Below, piece by piece: positions 32,578 through 46,427 of a stretch of DNA of 63,961 nt. Within the stretch, counting starts at the first letter, position 1; each line of letters starts with the position of its first letter. Position numbers and translations under genes: made by a program. Source of the DNA: Carcharhinus longimanus. Its lineage: Eukaryota. A model generated the notes under the pieces. The model did not search any database. It was not told the origin of the DNA and worked only from the letters and a program-made list of their open reading frames with translations. The stretch spans positions 109,702,146 through 109,766,106 of the forward strand of contig JASCQW010000043.1 in assembly GCA_030264375.1 (NCBI GenBank). Direction: 5' to 3'.

Positions 32578-35500
32578 GTAGGTTTTCTTCCGTTGCCAGA
32601 TTCATGATTGTTGGGGTGCTTGTTAGTCTGAAGAGGTCTGTCCCTAATATCTAGTGACTGACTGCATGAAGCAGGTGGTATTCCAATAAACCACAGCTAG
32701 ACTTCAAAAGGAGAGAAAAAAGGAGAAATATAGGATTGAAAAGATTTAGATTTCATCGCCGTGTTCGTCTTTACAGTGACTAACAAGCACTTTGAGTGAT
32801 GAATAGGAACTTTCATAGTTAGTTGACCTTTTTTGTCCCGTTGCTTTGAACACAGTTTTGATGTCAAATGTTCGACTTCAAAAATGACTTAATAATATGG
32901 ATCATAGCAATGTATAATGTACCATCTATTTCTTTTTAAAGTTGGTTCTAATTAAAAGCCAGGTAGTGACATTTCTAATGACCAGAAGTAATAACCTGAC
33001 CTGTGGTTTGTTTCATAAGAATTTGACATTCCTCTCTTTTCTTAAAAAAAAATTATCTGCATTTCTCTGGACATGGAATGATGGGAAAACCTGTAAAGGT
33101 CAACTAACTACAAAATGATCTATTATATTCTAAGTGTCATTACTTTCAATAAAGCCCTAAAGGTCAAATGACAAGATTGAATCCTGTGCACTACTTAATG
33201 AAATTGTAATTATGTTTCACATTTAAAATTATTTCTAGTGGCATTGACTGCTGTTGTAATACCTATTTCACAGATTGTTTTCTAATAGAGTTGGTTTTTA
33301 AATAGATTCATAGATGGAAGGCCTGCATGTCAACGCAGACTTAATCTAACCTCCATCTGTTTGTACCTTTAAAGTCAGCTAGGGGAGATAACGTTTAATC
33401 ATTATTGGTATTTCGGGTCAAAATTTATTTCAGCGATCTACATTGGCAATAACACCACCACTAAGGCAAACTTGGAATGTAACCATCAATGTAATTCAAG
33501 CTGTAGAATATACAGATTCCTTTGATGCTGGGAGGGATGGGTGGAGGATCAGCCAGTTCTATTGAACAACATATGGTTGTTTAAATCTTTTAAAACAGCC
33601 AAAGAAGTGGGTAACATTGGGGGGAATTTCCCAAGGCAAGAGAAGGTGAATTTTTGGTTCATGCTGGGAGTTAAATCTCCAAAGAAATATCAGACCAGGG
33701 TGCAGACATCATCCTGCCTGCTTTCTGGCTTCACCCAGAGCAGGTTTGAAGGTGCACAGGGAAAGCCCCTTCATGCTGCCTGGTAAGACGTTTGTTCACA
33801 TGGTCAAATAAGCAACTTAGTGATTAATCAAGCATTTCCAGCTTTCACATCCAGGTGACATATTTCCTAAGCTGTCAGCAACTCCCCAGGTTCAGCCAGG
33901 TGAATGCACAGCGGGGAGGGCTTCATCAATGAAACTGATAGGCTAGAAAGCTTTTGATCAGTAAGTCTGAAGAGCTCCAGCCATGGCCAAGTGAGAGACT
34001 GCTGCTCACAGCATTCCTCCTTTCCCATTTGCCATGATATTCACAGATTTCCAGAAAATGGGCCATGCACTGCAGGAAAATTCGGGTTGCTTCTTCCATA
34101 AGGGAGGCAAAGGTTGGAAGGGGACTCAGCCCTAGGCTGAAGTCCAATACAAATTCCTATCAGTTTTACTGAGCGGTCTATTTGTCCATCCTCGGCTTCA
34201 GTACTGGAGAAATAGATGCTTTGGAAATAAATAATTCAAACTGCTTGGTGTGCAGGACAGCATTTGAGAATTCAGAAATTTTGCAATATGCTGTCTTTCT
34301 GACATCATTGTGTTTTGGGAAGGAGTGAGCTTGGTTCCCGTGAACATGAGACACCCTGCTCAGAAACCTTCCTTCGAAGATGATATGTGCCACATATTCC
34401 ACCAACCGAATCGCCGGAGGGGAAGTAGTGAACCCGTAAGGAAACAAATCCCACCATACCTACCCAGCCGATTATTCAATCCGGGAATCTTGGCTGCTTG
34501 TTTTCCAAAGATGTGCTTCCCCCATAGTCATAGCAGCACAGTGACTATCGTATCCCATGGAGATTTGATCATTCCTCATTGTGCATAGTCAGTAATGCTC
34601 AATTCCATCCCTGATCATCCAGTGCTTTACTGGAGCAGTTAAGTGACACAGCATGAACCACTTTTACCAGAAGCCTATTTCCACAGCTCAATGGAGGAAA
34701 CCTATTCACACTCATGCACACAAATAAATTTATGGCTTGCAAAATGACAGGGGGAGAAAAGCAGCAGAAGGCTCCTGGGGTCCCACTTCTGTTGGAAGAC
34801 TTTTTCCAGCTTTCTATTTTGTTTTTCAGCTTTTCAATTCCAGCACATTATTATGCTCAAAATGACATTAACTGCAGTCCCAGATTAATTATATACCGCT
34901 GGCACTTTGAGGTACACATTAATATGAATTTGCCCGTTCAGCCCTATCTGCAGACATACCCATTGCAGCATGCAGGTGGGAATTAACATAAAGGTGTTTG
35001 GCTCTCATTCAGTTGCTGCTTTTGTCATGTTCAATAGCAGTGACATTTTGGGAATACATTTTTCCCATGACTGTGTGAGAAGGTAAGACAGGGGAGCCAT
35101 GGAATACTCTCCCCTGTGGTTGTTATGGTTTTATGTATTCCTGTGATATATTGCACCAGCTGAAAATGAACTGTTACTCAAAAAATAGATGCTGCACTTC
35201 TGCTAAAAATATATGTATATAAACATGGGGAAATAGATGTAAAATGATCAATTTTTAACAGAACATTTGTCACTTGACCTTTAAGGAGAAAAGCAGGGTG
35301 TATGTGATACCCATCAGGGTGGGTGTCACTTACAGACAGTAAACAGGCCTCTCTGTGTGTGATAGGTAGGTACTCTGGCATTTCACTTAGATCTTTCTCT
35401 TTGGAATGTAGAAATATTTGAAACAGATATAGAAGGTAAAGCGCCCCACTGTTTGCAGCTGTTCAAGAAGGGTAGGTAATAAAAAAAAAGGATTAGAGGA

Positions 35501-35815
35501 ATTAAAGAGATATACATGATGTAAGAGCTATGATCACAGGTAGGTAATATTACTTGTAGGCTCCATTTTATTTTCCTTATCACCCCATTTTCTAGCCTTA
35601 CGTTATGTAAGAAATTATTTTTGAGTTTACTTTAATTTGCTTTTCTAAGCCAAGGTGTTGTATTTGATTTATGAATACACGTTTTGTTTTTATGATTTTT
35701 GGTTTCTTTAAGTTGTTGGATCTGCTCCCATTTGTATTTTATTTTTAATTTTCTTCCACGATTCCCTCACCTTTCCACCTGTACTTGACCCAACTTCCAA
35801 AAACAAACCAATTAG

Positions 35816-36121
35816 AGCCATCAGCCCCACCTCAGGACATCAAGTGCATGAGCCCAAGTTCAACCAGCATTTTGGTAAGTTGGCGGCCCCCACCAGCAGA
35901 AAACCAGAATGGCATCATCACCAAATACTCCATCAAATACACGTCAAGTGACCGAGAAGCCAGCTCGCGCAATGAGGTCTCGGATATTCCGCCAGATGCC
36001 ACACAGTACTTGCTGGAACATTTGGAGAAGTGGACGGAGTACCGCATCATTATGACTGCCCACACGGATGTTGGACCTGGCCCAGAGAGCTCTCCCATAC
36101 TGATTCGCACTGATGAGGATG
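35816..36121 (+). CDS. PTPRD: Coding exon, FN3 repeat 4 ([23 protein letters not shown]...ILIRTDED)
   Basis: aaccaattag|AGCCA ... GATG|gtatgt; 306 nt, phase 1-1. Confidence 0.94.
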
Positions 36122-36943
36122 GTATGTTGGCTTAGCACAACCAATCAGCAACTTTCTCGGCGAGCAACTCTTCCTTTGCCGACACTTTGCACCTTTCTGT
36201 AACTGTTGTGTCTGGTCCTCCGTTCCACTGAATCTCCCCCTCTCTGTTCCTTTTTGAACCACCAACTCTGGAACCTCTCTACACCTATTACAGTGCAAAA
36301 ATTGCTTGTATTTTAAGTCTCCCCTGTCTGACGTGTCTTTTTTCTTCCCTCACCACTTTATGTATTAGATTACTGTTCTTAATATTGCTCCCACCACTTA
36401 ACCCCACACCACCCCCCCCCACCCCCACCAATAATATCCCTTTCAATTACTTTTATGTGACATAAATTATTCAATCTTCTTCTCAGTGCACAAGCACATC
36501 CCAGAAACATACTTGCATTATTTTTGGCTGGATTTCATGAGATGTTGGTCAGTGAAAAGCAAACAGTCCTGGGTCGGAGACCCCAATAGTGGCTGTCATT
36601 TTTTTTTCCACGACAAATATATTTTTGAAATCATTTTTTTAAAAATCAGATATAAAAAAATCTTGCATTTTGTGATGCTTTGGCATTCAAAGCATTATCC
36701 TTGGCTGCCTTTTATCCTGTGTTTTTCGTATTTGTACCTTTTCCTCCATGTTTTTCACATTTTTTCCACATTTTTTGGTATTTTAGAAAGATGCAGCTCA
36801 GGCATTTTTCAACTTATGAAGCATTTTTGGACACGGTTTCCTCCATCCCTTTTGAACAGTAGTGGGTCTGTCCTTGTGCTGCTGATTGGGAGGGACATAG
36901 TGTCATCATCAGTCCTTTTTTTAACCAAATGGTATTCTTCCAG

Positions 36944-37137
36944 TTCCTAGTGGTCCTCCTCGCAAAGTCGAGGTAGAGGCTTTGAACTCAACAGCTATTA
37001 CAGTGTCATGGCGCTCACCCGTTCCAAATAAGCAGCACGGACAAATTCGCGGCTACCAAGTCCACTATGTGAGGATGGAACATGGAGAGCCAAGAGGACA
37101 GCCCATGCTGAAAGATGTCATGCTGGCAGATGCACAG
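36944..37137 (+). CDS. PTPRD: Coding exon, FN3 repeat 5 first part ([65 protein letters not shown])
   Basis: attcttccag|TT ... GCACAG|gtacgc; 194 nt, phase 1-0. Absent from the ORF track and translated by hand. Confidence 0.95.
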
Positions 37138-38100
37138 GTACGCTGGCTGAAATATTGATACTGACTTAGTGACTGTACACTTTCATCATGTTCCATTGTG
37201 TAAAGAAAAAGTATAAATTTGTATCAGTTCAATATTGCTTTTCATTCTACCAGTTGGATTGTTTCAATGAAGGGAACTTGCTTATCTTTAAGTCGGTCAC
37301 ATTTGAGGCAACTCACTATTCCTCCAGCACCCACCCTCCCTCAATATCCTGAAAGATGTGGCAATACAAGACCAAAAGATACAAGACCAAAATTCGAGCA
37401 ATATGGAAGATGGTTGGGTGTAGAGTCTGTTCATTCCTTTAGAATAGATGTAGGCAGCACTTGGTCTAATTTTAAAAATGATTTTCTTCATTAAATAAAA
37501 CTTAAAATTAAAAACTACAGAAACGAAGAGAGAGAAGTTGGGGACTGGCTTCACGGCCAGGCCCTGCACAGGACTGAACTGAACAGGTAGCTGGTACTGC
37601 AATACGTGAATGTTTATCTGTGTTATTGAAAAAGCCGGGTGCACACAGTGTGCTTACATAGATAATTGGCAGCTGTGTGGCCGTGAAAATTTGTTTAGCA
37701 TCATTTCTACTAACGTTGTATTTTGAAAAAATGCGGTCAATTTCTAAACTCATTCCAGAATTCCCAGCTGAGTCGAAAATGTGGTCAAGTTAGCTTAAAA
37801 GCTTAGAATAGTTAGTTACATAGGCAAAAAAAATCTTAAAATGAAGCCTTTTAATGAAGCACACCATACAAAGGATCCCAGAGTGGGGAAGAGAGAGTTG
37901 GGGTGTATGTGCAGAGGAAAGGTAGGTTTTTGGGCTGAGGTGTTGATGATTGATCATTTAAGCTTTGGGTTGAGTAGGGCATCTGAATCTGTACACTGAC
38001 CACCAGCTCTAATCTCTTCTTTGATGATTCATTGAAGCTGACTCGAGATGGTGCTCAACCTTACTGCTATATTCAGAACTAGGTTTCAGGTTCCAGGTTG

Positions 38101-38546
38101 GGGCGGCACGGTAGCACTGTGGTTAGCACTGCTGCTTCACAGCTCCAGGGTCCTGGGTTTGATTCTCGGCTCGGGTCACGGAGTTTGCACATTCTCCTTG
38201 TGTCTGCATGGGTTTCGTCCGGGTACTCCAGTTTCCTCCCACAGTCCAAAGATGTGGGGGTTAGGTTGATTGGTCATGCTAAGAAATTGCCCCCTAGTGT
38301 CCAGGGTAGAGGAGGTTAAAGGGATTAGTGGGTATAATATGTAGGGATATGGGGGTAGGGCCTGGGTGGGANNNNNNNNNNNNNNNNNNNNNNNNNNNNN
38401 NNNNNNNNNNNNNNNNNNNNNNNNNNNNNNNNNNNNNNNNNNNNNNNNNNNNNNNNNNNNNNNNNNNNNNNGTGGGATTGTGTTCGGTGCAGACTTGATG
38501 GGCCGAAGGGCCTCTTTCTGCACTGTAGGGTTCTATGATTCTATGA
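38101..38546 (+). mobile_element. HE1-like V-SINE (contains a 100-N gap)
   Basis: Complete head and core; tail gatgggccgaagggcctctttctgcactgtagggttctatgattctatg. Confidence 0.88.
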
Positions 38547-38974
38547 TCCTGCTGTTACTATTTCTGCAAAGTTGGTACCAAAGCTCCAATCCTTATAGGC
38601 ATTATCTCGGAACTGAACTTCCCCCAATACTCACTGTACCAGCCTTCCGAACTGCTTTCGGCAGATACCAGCTTCTCTCAAGTGTCCTTCCCCCACATTC
38701 TGTCTGATGCTAGGTCCCATTAGCTCCCTTTCTGCAGCACATTGGATTTTGAACTCTCACCTGCAGACCTAGACTAACTGGACCTGCAGCCTCTCTCTGC
38801 TCTATGGCCCCTCCTTTGTTTTCCAGTTCCCTTTACTGACCTATTATTGGTGATAAAGCCTTCAGTTGTCTCAGCCCTGCTCAGTGCATCTGCCTCCCTA
38901 TTCTCCTTTGCCTTTACTTAACCTACCTGCGAAAGCTGTATTGAGTAACACTTCCAGTCAGCCATTGTTGCATA

Positions 38975-39485
38975 GATAGTAGAATTTGTAGAATCCCTGC
39001 AGCGCAGAAGGAGGCCATTTGGCCCATTGACTCTGCACCAACAACAACCCCACCCAGGCCCTATACCCTCAATCCCATATATTTACCTTGCTAACGCCCC
39101 TGACACTGAGGGGCAATTTAATATGTCTAATTAACCTTACTCATCTTTTGGCACAGAGGTGAGCACTGCTGTCTCACATCACCAGGTTCGATTCCCGGCC
39201 TGGCTCACTGTCTGTGCGGAATCTGCACATTCTCCCCATGTCTATGTGTGTTTCTTCCGGGTGCTCTGGTTTCCTCCACAGTCCAAAAGACGTGCTGGTT
39301 AGGTGCATTTGTCATGCTATATTCTCCCTCAGTGTACCCGAACAGGGGCTGGAGTGTGGCGACTTGGGGATTTTTACAGTAACTTCATTGCAGTGTTAAT
39401 GTAAGCCTACTTGTGACACCAACAAATAAACTTTACTTGATTACGGGGCTGTGGGAGGAAATCGGAGCACCCAGAGAAAAAACGC
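38975..39485. mobile_element. Minus-strand HE1-like SINE interrupted by a plus-strand alternative-tail V-SINE (39150-39435)
   Basis: The minus copy breaks at catcttttgg and resumes at ggctgtgggaggaaatcggagcaccc. Confidence 0.75.
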
Positions 39486-39929
39486 TTGCCTTCAGTCATA
39501 TTCTTACATGAGGTGTCTCTTCTCCATAAAAGAGATGTGATTCCAAGTTGTTTTTGTCCTGCACTTAGCTTTAGGCGACAGTTAAGATTGGAGGCGTGCA
39601 GTTGCCTACAGCAATACAAAGAGGATAGCTTCTGTTTTATTGATAGTTACTGGGGGAAGTTTTGGCTTTTCCAGTTCTTAACGTCACAGGGGTAATAGGG
39701 AGAGTGGCAACCCTGTTGAAGGGGGAAGCAGATGTGGTTGACAGGAGGATGATAGAAGATTGTCTCTGTGAGGCTGTGAGGAAATCACATGGAGTTAATT
39801 GCAGCAGAGGTGCGAGACTCTACTCATGTTTCTGAACCATAAAACAGATGGATGAGACAGCCCCTTCACCTCCAGTCTTCATTTCTTATTTGAGTATGTC
39901 TTATTTTGAGTATGTTTTGCACAAGATAA

Positions 39930-40277
39930 TGGGGAGGCCTGGTGGTATTGTCACTAGATTAATAATCCAGAGACCCAGGGTAAAACCTGGAGGCTCAGGT
40001 TCAAATCCCACCACAGCAGGTGGTGATATTTGAATTCGATAAAAACCTGGAATTAGAAGTCTAATGATGACCATAGGACCATTGTCGGTTGTCGTAAAAA
40101 CCTGTCTGCGTCACTGATGACCTTTAGGGCAGGAAATTTGCCGTCCTTATCTGGCCTGGCCTACGTGTGACTCTACAGCCACAGAAATTAGGTTGATTCT
40201 CAACTGTCCTCTGAAATGGAGGGCAATTAGTAAAGGGCAGTAAGTGCTGGCCCACATCCCGTAAATGAATAAAAAAA
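39930..40277 (+). mobile_element. Second SINE family copy
   Basis: Same head, core and tail as 28364 and 29732. Confidence 0.8.
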
Positions 40278-42194
40278 TTAAATGTAAATTTGAAGAAATA
40301 AAATAAATGCTAACACATAGTTTAATCCTAGAAGTGAGTGAGTGCCCATAAGATTAGCAGATAAATCCTAAACATCCTTAAACGGAATTCCTTTCTCCTG
40401 TTTTGTGATGGAAGAAGTATCAAATCTGTGCGTTAATCTTTCAACCCTGATATCAGCAGCAGCCATTTCTGTGCTAAATTCTCTTTCGTAGCCTGGCCAG
40501 TCAAACAGATCAGAGTTTTCTGCGAGTCAGTTGTGCAGTATCTTTGAAGTTTTTTTAATCTGAAGGCCAGGAGGATGATTCTGTTTCTATCCAAGAACGC
40601 ACCTCAAGAAATTACAAGCGCCCAGCCCGTGAATTATCCTCCATTAATTTAAAGAAAACCATGGACTGTGTTCAATCACCTGATCCAAACTTCTTATCCC
40701 TTTTCATCTATTTATTTTGCTTAAAGTTGGCACGGTATTTATTCAGCGCCAACCTGGTCAGCCCAGGCCAACTGCAAACAGTGAGTAGGTGATCTGTACC
40801 AGGTCTGAGGCAGTCGTACCCTATTATTGTATTAGGGGTTGTGCAAGAATTTATGGATGCTCTCATCTTCCACTCAACACAGGTGAAATCGGTAACTTGA
40901 CCATATTAGGGTGGTGATGGTGATCCTTCTAAGCCATGTATGCAGGCAGCAATTTGAAAGTTCCCATGCGGGTCATGCACACTAAAGTTATCATTCCATT
41001 TGACCCTTTAAACTACCTTGTCCGGAATTCTTCGATATTGTATCCCCTATCTCTGCTGTCATTGAAAATGAAGAATTTGGCACTCAGCCAAATCTCCATT
41101 CCCAGCAGCAGGATCGGAGATTCCGAGCAGGTGGGGTTGGAGAATTCCTCACTTATTGGTGGTGTGCAACAGAAGAAAATGAGAGAGTACACAGGTCCTG
41201 TTGCCAGTCCCAAGTCCTCCTGTGGTGGTAGGTTGGGAGATTTTATTATCATTATTTTCTGAGAATCCATTAAATGTGACAAAAGTAAGAGCATAAAAGG
41301 TGGATGAGTTACAACCCACCCGCCATTTGATTTAACTGCCAATAATGTTAAGTGAATAATAAAAGTAATAACCATTTCTTTCAAGCGTTGGGGCAATCTT
41401 TTTTTTCACACTTGAACAGACAAAAAAAATCAGGTGTTATAACTATCATCAACTGACTGAATAATGCTATATGGATTTCATTATTTTATTATAATGTCTT
41501 AAAGAGACATTCCTCGCTCTTTCTCTACCTCTGTATTCAATAATAGGAAATGAATAAACACAAATGCATAGAACACTATGAGGCACATTCCAGAACTGCA
41601 TTAGTTTCAAAGTTTGCAAAGTGGTCACAATGAAAAGTGACTGAATGGAAGCAGGAGAAATATTACAGCCCCACAACAGATTATTAATATTTGCTAATAC
41701 ATAGAAGATGCATATTGCAGATAAAAAATTAATGGCATTCAGAACCGAGGAGCACATCAGACATGGCCAACCTACGGGGAGAAAAGGTGAATTTGATGAT
41801 GCACAAGTTATTCTCGTGTGTTCAATAATGTTAATTATATGAGTTTCCTAACTGTGGCCTTACGTTTTAATCTGTTCTGAGGGCACTTTTTTTTTTATTG
41901 TCCCAGTTTTAAATTTAAATGGGGATTCCCAACCATAACTGCAGGCTCCAAAACAGAACAATAATATTATGAAAAGAGATAGGGGCTGGGGGTGTTATCG
42001 ACCCTGATAATCACATTTTGATTTAATGTTTTAAGTTCCCTTTGGACTTTGGTTTCTGTTCGGGCTGTCCCCCTCTTCCTTTTTGGGGGCTGCCCCTCTT
42101 AATTTGTCCCTAAGTTAATTTGAGTTTGCCCACTCATTAGGTATGTAAAAGAGATACCACTATGTTGTCCCAGATCACAGTGATATTTTTTCCA

Positions 42195-42988
42195 GTGTCA
42201 TTCAGGCTTCAGCTGATAGGTGGCAAATAACATGCATGGAAAACAAATGCCTGGCGTTGGCGATCTCCAGCAAGAGAGAATCTAACCCTCTCCCTTTCAC
42301 GTTCAAGGGCATTGCCATTGGTGGATGCCCCAATATCAGCACCTTGCGGTGTTACCATTAGCCAAAAACTTTACTGGACCAACATAGAAATACTGTGGTT
42401 GCAAGAGCAGGTCAAAGGCTAGGATTTTTGTGGTGAATGACTCATCTCCCAATTCCCCAAATCCTGTTCATCACAAGACACGAGTCAGGAGCAGAATGGA
42501 ATACTCTCTGGTTGCCTGGATAATTGGAACTCAATAAACAGTCAAGAAGCTGAACGCCATCTGGTTCAAAGCAACTTGTGTGATTGCCACCCCATCCCCC
42601 ACTTTCAACATTCAGTCCCTCCACACCGACCCGCAGTGGCAGCTGTGTGCACCATGTACAAGATGCAGTGCAGCAACTTATCAAGTCTTCCTTGACAGTG
42701 CCTTTCAAATCCGCAACCTCTACCATTTAACAGGACAAAGGCAGCAGATATATGGGAACAGCACCAACTGCAAGTTCCCCCGCAAGCCACTCAATTCTGA
42801 CTTGGAAACATATTGCCATTCCCTCACTTTTGCTGGGTCAATATTCTGGAACCCCCTCCCTAGCAGCACTAAAGGAGACACAATCTTGAATGCCATGATT
42901 CAAGAAAGTGAGTCACCACCACCACCACCACCTCAAGGGCAATTAGAGATGCCAGCAATGCCCACATCCCGTGAAAAGATAAATAAAA
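42195..42988 (+). mobile_element. Degraded LINE 3' portion (candidate partner of the second SINE family)
   Basis: Homologous to 18235-18637, ending cctcaagggcaattagagatgccagcaatgcccacatcccgtgaaaagataaataaaa. Confidence 0.75.
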
Positions 42989-43384
42989 GCACATTTGATT
43001 TTTAGGGTGGGATCTTCCAAACCTGCTGAAACTGCTGCCCTATAATGGGTTCCCCAGTGGTAGGGTGAACATGTCATGGAAAAAAATCCCACAGACATTG
43101 GCAGGACTGGAAAATCCACTGGTGGCCAGTGGCTCACCATGTCTACTGTGGTAAAACCCATGACAAGGTGGGGCTGAAAACCCAATCCACCTTCAATCTG
43201 CTGTTGACAGCCCCATAATATTGACTTGATGGTGAATATTGTTTTTAATGTCAGATATTTAATTACTTTGTCACTGTGTGCCATGGCTTACTACATAGAT
43301 CCCAACAACTTTATGGTAAATATTTGCTCTTCGTTCTATTCTGCAAAAAGCAGATTGCTAATGCCATTTCATCTTCCTATATAG

Positions 43385-43693
43385 ACAGCACAGTGGTTAG
43401 CACTGCTGCCTCTCAGCACCAGGAATGCAGGTTCAATCCTGGCCTTGGATCACTGTTTGTGTGGAGCTTGCACATTCTCCCTGTGTCTGCATGTGTTTCC
43501 TCTGGGTGCTCCAGTTCCCCCTCTCAGTCCAAAGATATGTGGGTTAGGTGGATTGCCATGCTAAATTGACCCTTGTGTCAAGGGATTAACAGAATAAATA
43601 TGTGGGAATATGGGAATAAAACCTGGGTAGGATTATGGTCAGTGCAGACTCGATCAGCCAAATGGCGGCCTCCTGAACAGTAGGGATCCTATG
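43385..43693 (+). mobile_element. HE1-like V-SINE
   Basis: Head cacagtggttagcactgctgcctc, core and tail are all recognisable. Confidence 0.85.
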
Positions 43694-44192
43694 TTATTGA
43701 ATCAGTAAGAGAAGTATTTAAATTCAATGAATTTTAATCCAATTACTTTTCAACAAGAGCACTTTGAACCCTCCAGAATGTGTTAGTTTTCATCAGACCC
43801 TGTGTGTGCAGAAAGCTGCTGGAGGAGGCTCTTCATATTCCACAGGCACCTCTTGTAAAAGTAGAAAAGCACATTGAGGTCAATGACTCGCCTCCACCCA
43901 GTGAACATGGTGTTGTGTTAAATGTTTCATCAGCAAGGCTACAATGGAATATGAGAAACTAGATGTGAAACTTCGCTTTACAGAGCGGAGTGTAGTCTGG
44001 TGGGCAAGACATTGGCTAACCAGAATTGTGGTCCCCTAACTACAGCCAAAGGGTGCCACAGTCTGCAATATTGCAGCTGGCCACCTTCCTGCCTTTCGTT
44101 AGTAACAGTACTTGGGTTCAGCAACACCAGCATCAAGGACACTGTGGATGAATTACTGAGGAGAGCAGAAAACTATAAACAAAATAAAGCTA

Positions 44193-44357
44193 TGGCCAGA
44201 ATTCTCCGACCCGCCCGCAGCTTGGTTTCTCCGGTCCCGCTGCAGTGAATGGAAATTGGCTGAGCACCAAATTCTCCATTCTCTCTGGCAGTCGTGACCG
44301 GGCGAACATCTCATGAAAAAATTCCACAGATGTTGGCAGGACTGGAAAATCCCAACC
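44193..44357 (+). mobile_element. Palindromic MITE-like element (composite right end)
   Basis: Core ggtcccgctgcagtgaatggaaattggctgagcaccaaattctcc is shared with 60000-60136; the right end is shared with about 43075-43120. Confidence 0.65.
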
Positions 44358-46276
44358 TTTGTTTAGAAAGGTGAAAAATGTCACTAAGTACAGATGTATA
44401 AAATACAGTTTTGCCTACATGACCATTGTTCGCAGTTTCAGCTAAATGCTGAAGTTCTCAGAAAATTTCAGATTAATTTTGTTGTTTTTTTTTAGTTATT
44501 GTCATAATGGGCTGCAATTTGCTGAAAAGACAACATTCACAGTCATGGTGCATCCATATTGCACCTCATTAATATAGTGCTCAAGCTCTAGGAAATTATA
44601 ATTGCTGGTATTTTTCCACTGCTCCACAAAGACTTGTACAGAAAAATATTTGCACAGGACTGGTTATTTAATTTCACTTTGCCCCCTACCTTGACTCTTA
44701 GAATCAAGCTTTATTGAATTTGCTGATTCAATGCCATTGTCATCACCTCAGCTACTCAGAACAAGCTGCAGAGCAATTGACATCTGTTTCTATACACAAA
44801 ATAAAAGCCCACCATGATGTGCGATCATAATCATAATCTCAGCCAGGCACTGGTACACACCATGCCGCACCACAGATTGGGAGAGTGTGATTTTAACTTA
44901 GAAGTTTTGAGTTACCTCAATATTAAAGGATCCTTGAGAGTATAATTTTTACTGATTGTTGCAGGAACTTAATTTTAACTTTAAACCTTTGCTAATGGAA
45001 ACACGTGCTTTAGCAGCCTGTGAATCTCCCCAATCAATATTGTCTTGTCTTTGTGTGTCATTACATTAATATTTATTGAGCTCATTTGCATTGCTGTCAG
45101 TAAGGAAATATTGCTGGGGATTGTACATGATTCAGGGGACAATTACTAAATGATCACCTCTCAAGGTAATGATCAGAAATAAATATTCAGAGTTGGAAAA
45201 GTTAAAGATACCAGACCACGACTTGTATGGTGTATAACCTATCCTATGTCCAGCCTTGGCATCTTGGACACTGACGGCACCACTTGTAGCTTGTACCTAT
45301 GCTCATCACAGTGCATTCTCATCAGCCCAATGACAGCTTTTGGCATAAATTTGGCATTGGAGCTGGGTCAAAATCCCAGTATCCCCTCCTTCACAGCACT
45401 GTGGGTGTACTTACTCCACACGGACTGCAGCAGTTCAAGAAGGCAGCTTGCCACCATCTTCTCAAAGGCAATCGGGGATGGGCAATAAATGCCGGCCGAA
45501 CCAGCGACACCCACACCCGTTGAGAGAATTCTTAAAAATCGGTAAGCTTGGCCAGTTTTGACATTGCAGCAAATTCCAGGCCATCATCATGACTCCCGTT
45601 GAGCACTAGCCCGCATTGATTATATCTACCAGTTAAATTCTCTCAATTCACCTTGTAAAATGCAGTTACTTTAAATAATCAAAAAGCTCATAATTTTATG
45701 TTGAGTGAAGAATGTATATAAGATGACTGTTCCACAGAGGAGTGAAGATGATGAGATGAAAAACTAAATATTTTTCTGGTTTTGGTCAAATTAAAGTNNN
45801 NNNNNNNNNNNNNNNNNNNNNNNNNNNNNNNNNNNNNNNNNNNNNNNNNNNNNNNNNNNNNNNNNNNNNNNNNNNNNNNNNNNNNNNNNNNNNNNNNTTT
45901 TTCTGGTTTTGGTCAAATTAAAGTAGGAGCAAGCCTTTTAAATATATATTAAGGCCTTAAGTGTAGCAAACAAACCTTCCTCAATAAGAGTGAAATTAAA
46001 CTCAAAACACATTCTAGGAACTACTTTCTCTAAAAGGTATAACAAAATCAACAGTATGAGGAAGCTTTAATAACATACACCTCTTCACATTTCAATACCT
46101 TGTTATACTCTTCTCAAGGGTAATTAAGGATTGCAACAAATGCTGATCTTGCCTGCAACTTCCAACTCCATGAATGAATAAAAGAAATGATTTTGAAGCA
46201 GAGTTCAGTACACACTTTAAGTCTCTTCTTGATTCTATATCTTTTCTTTCTATCGATCTTGTTTTGTCTCAATCAG

Positions 46277-46303
46277 TGGGAAACTGATGACTCTGCTGAA
46301 CAT
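46277..46303 (+). CDS. PTPRD: Microexon meC / LASE-c equivalent (27 nt, WETDDSAEH)
   Basis: cttgttttgtctcaatcag|TGGGAAACTGATGACTCTGCTGAACAT|gtgagt; phase 0-0 within FN5. Human PTPRD has WEFDDTTEH here. Confidence 0.93.
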
Positions 46304-46427
46304 GTGAGTAAAGTATAATCAGACAACTACAAACTTGTGTTTATTGTTAACTCCTTGGTGTCTTCACACAATGTCTTCTTGCAATTTTTTTTCTTTTTGT
46401 ATGAACTTTTTCGTTGGTGTGCTGCAC

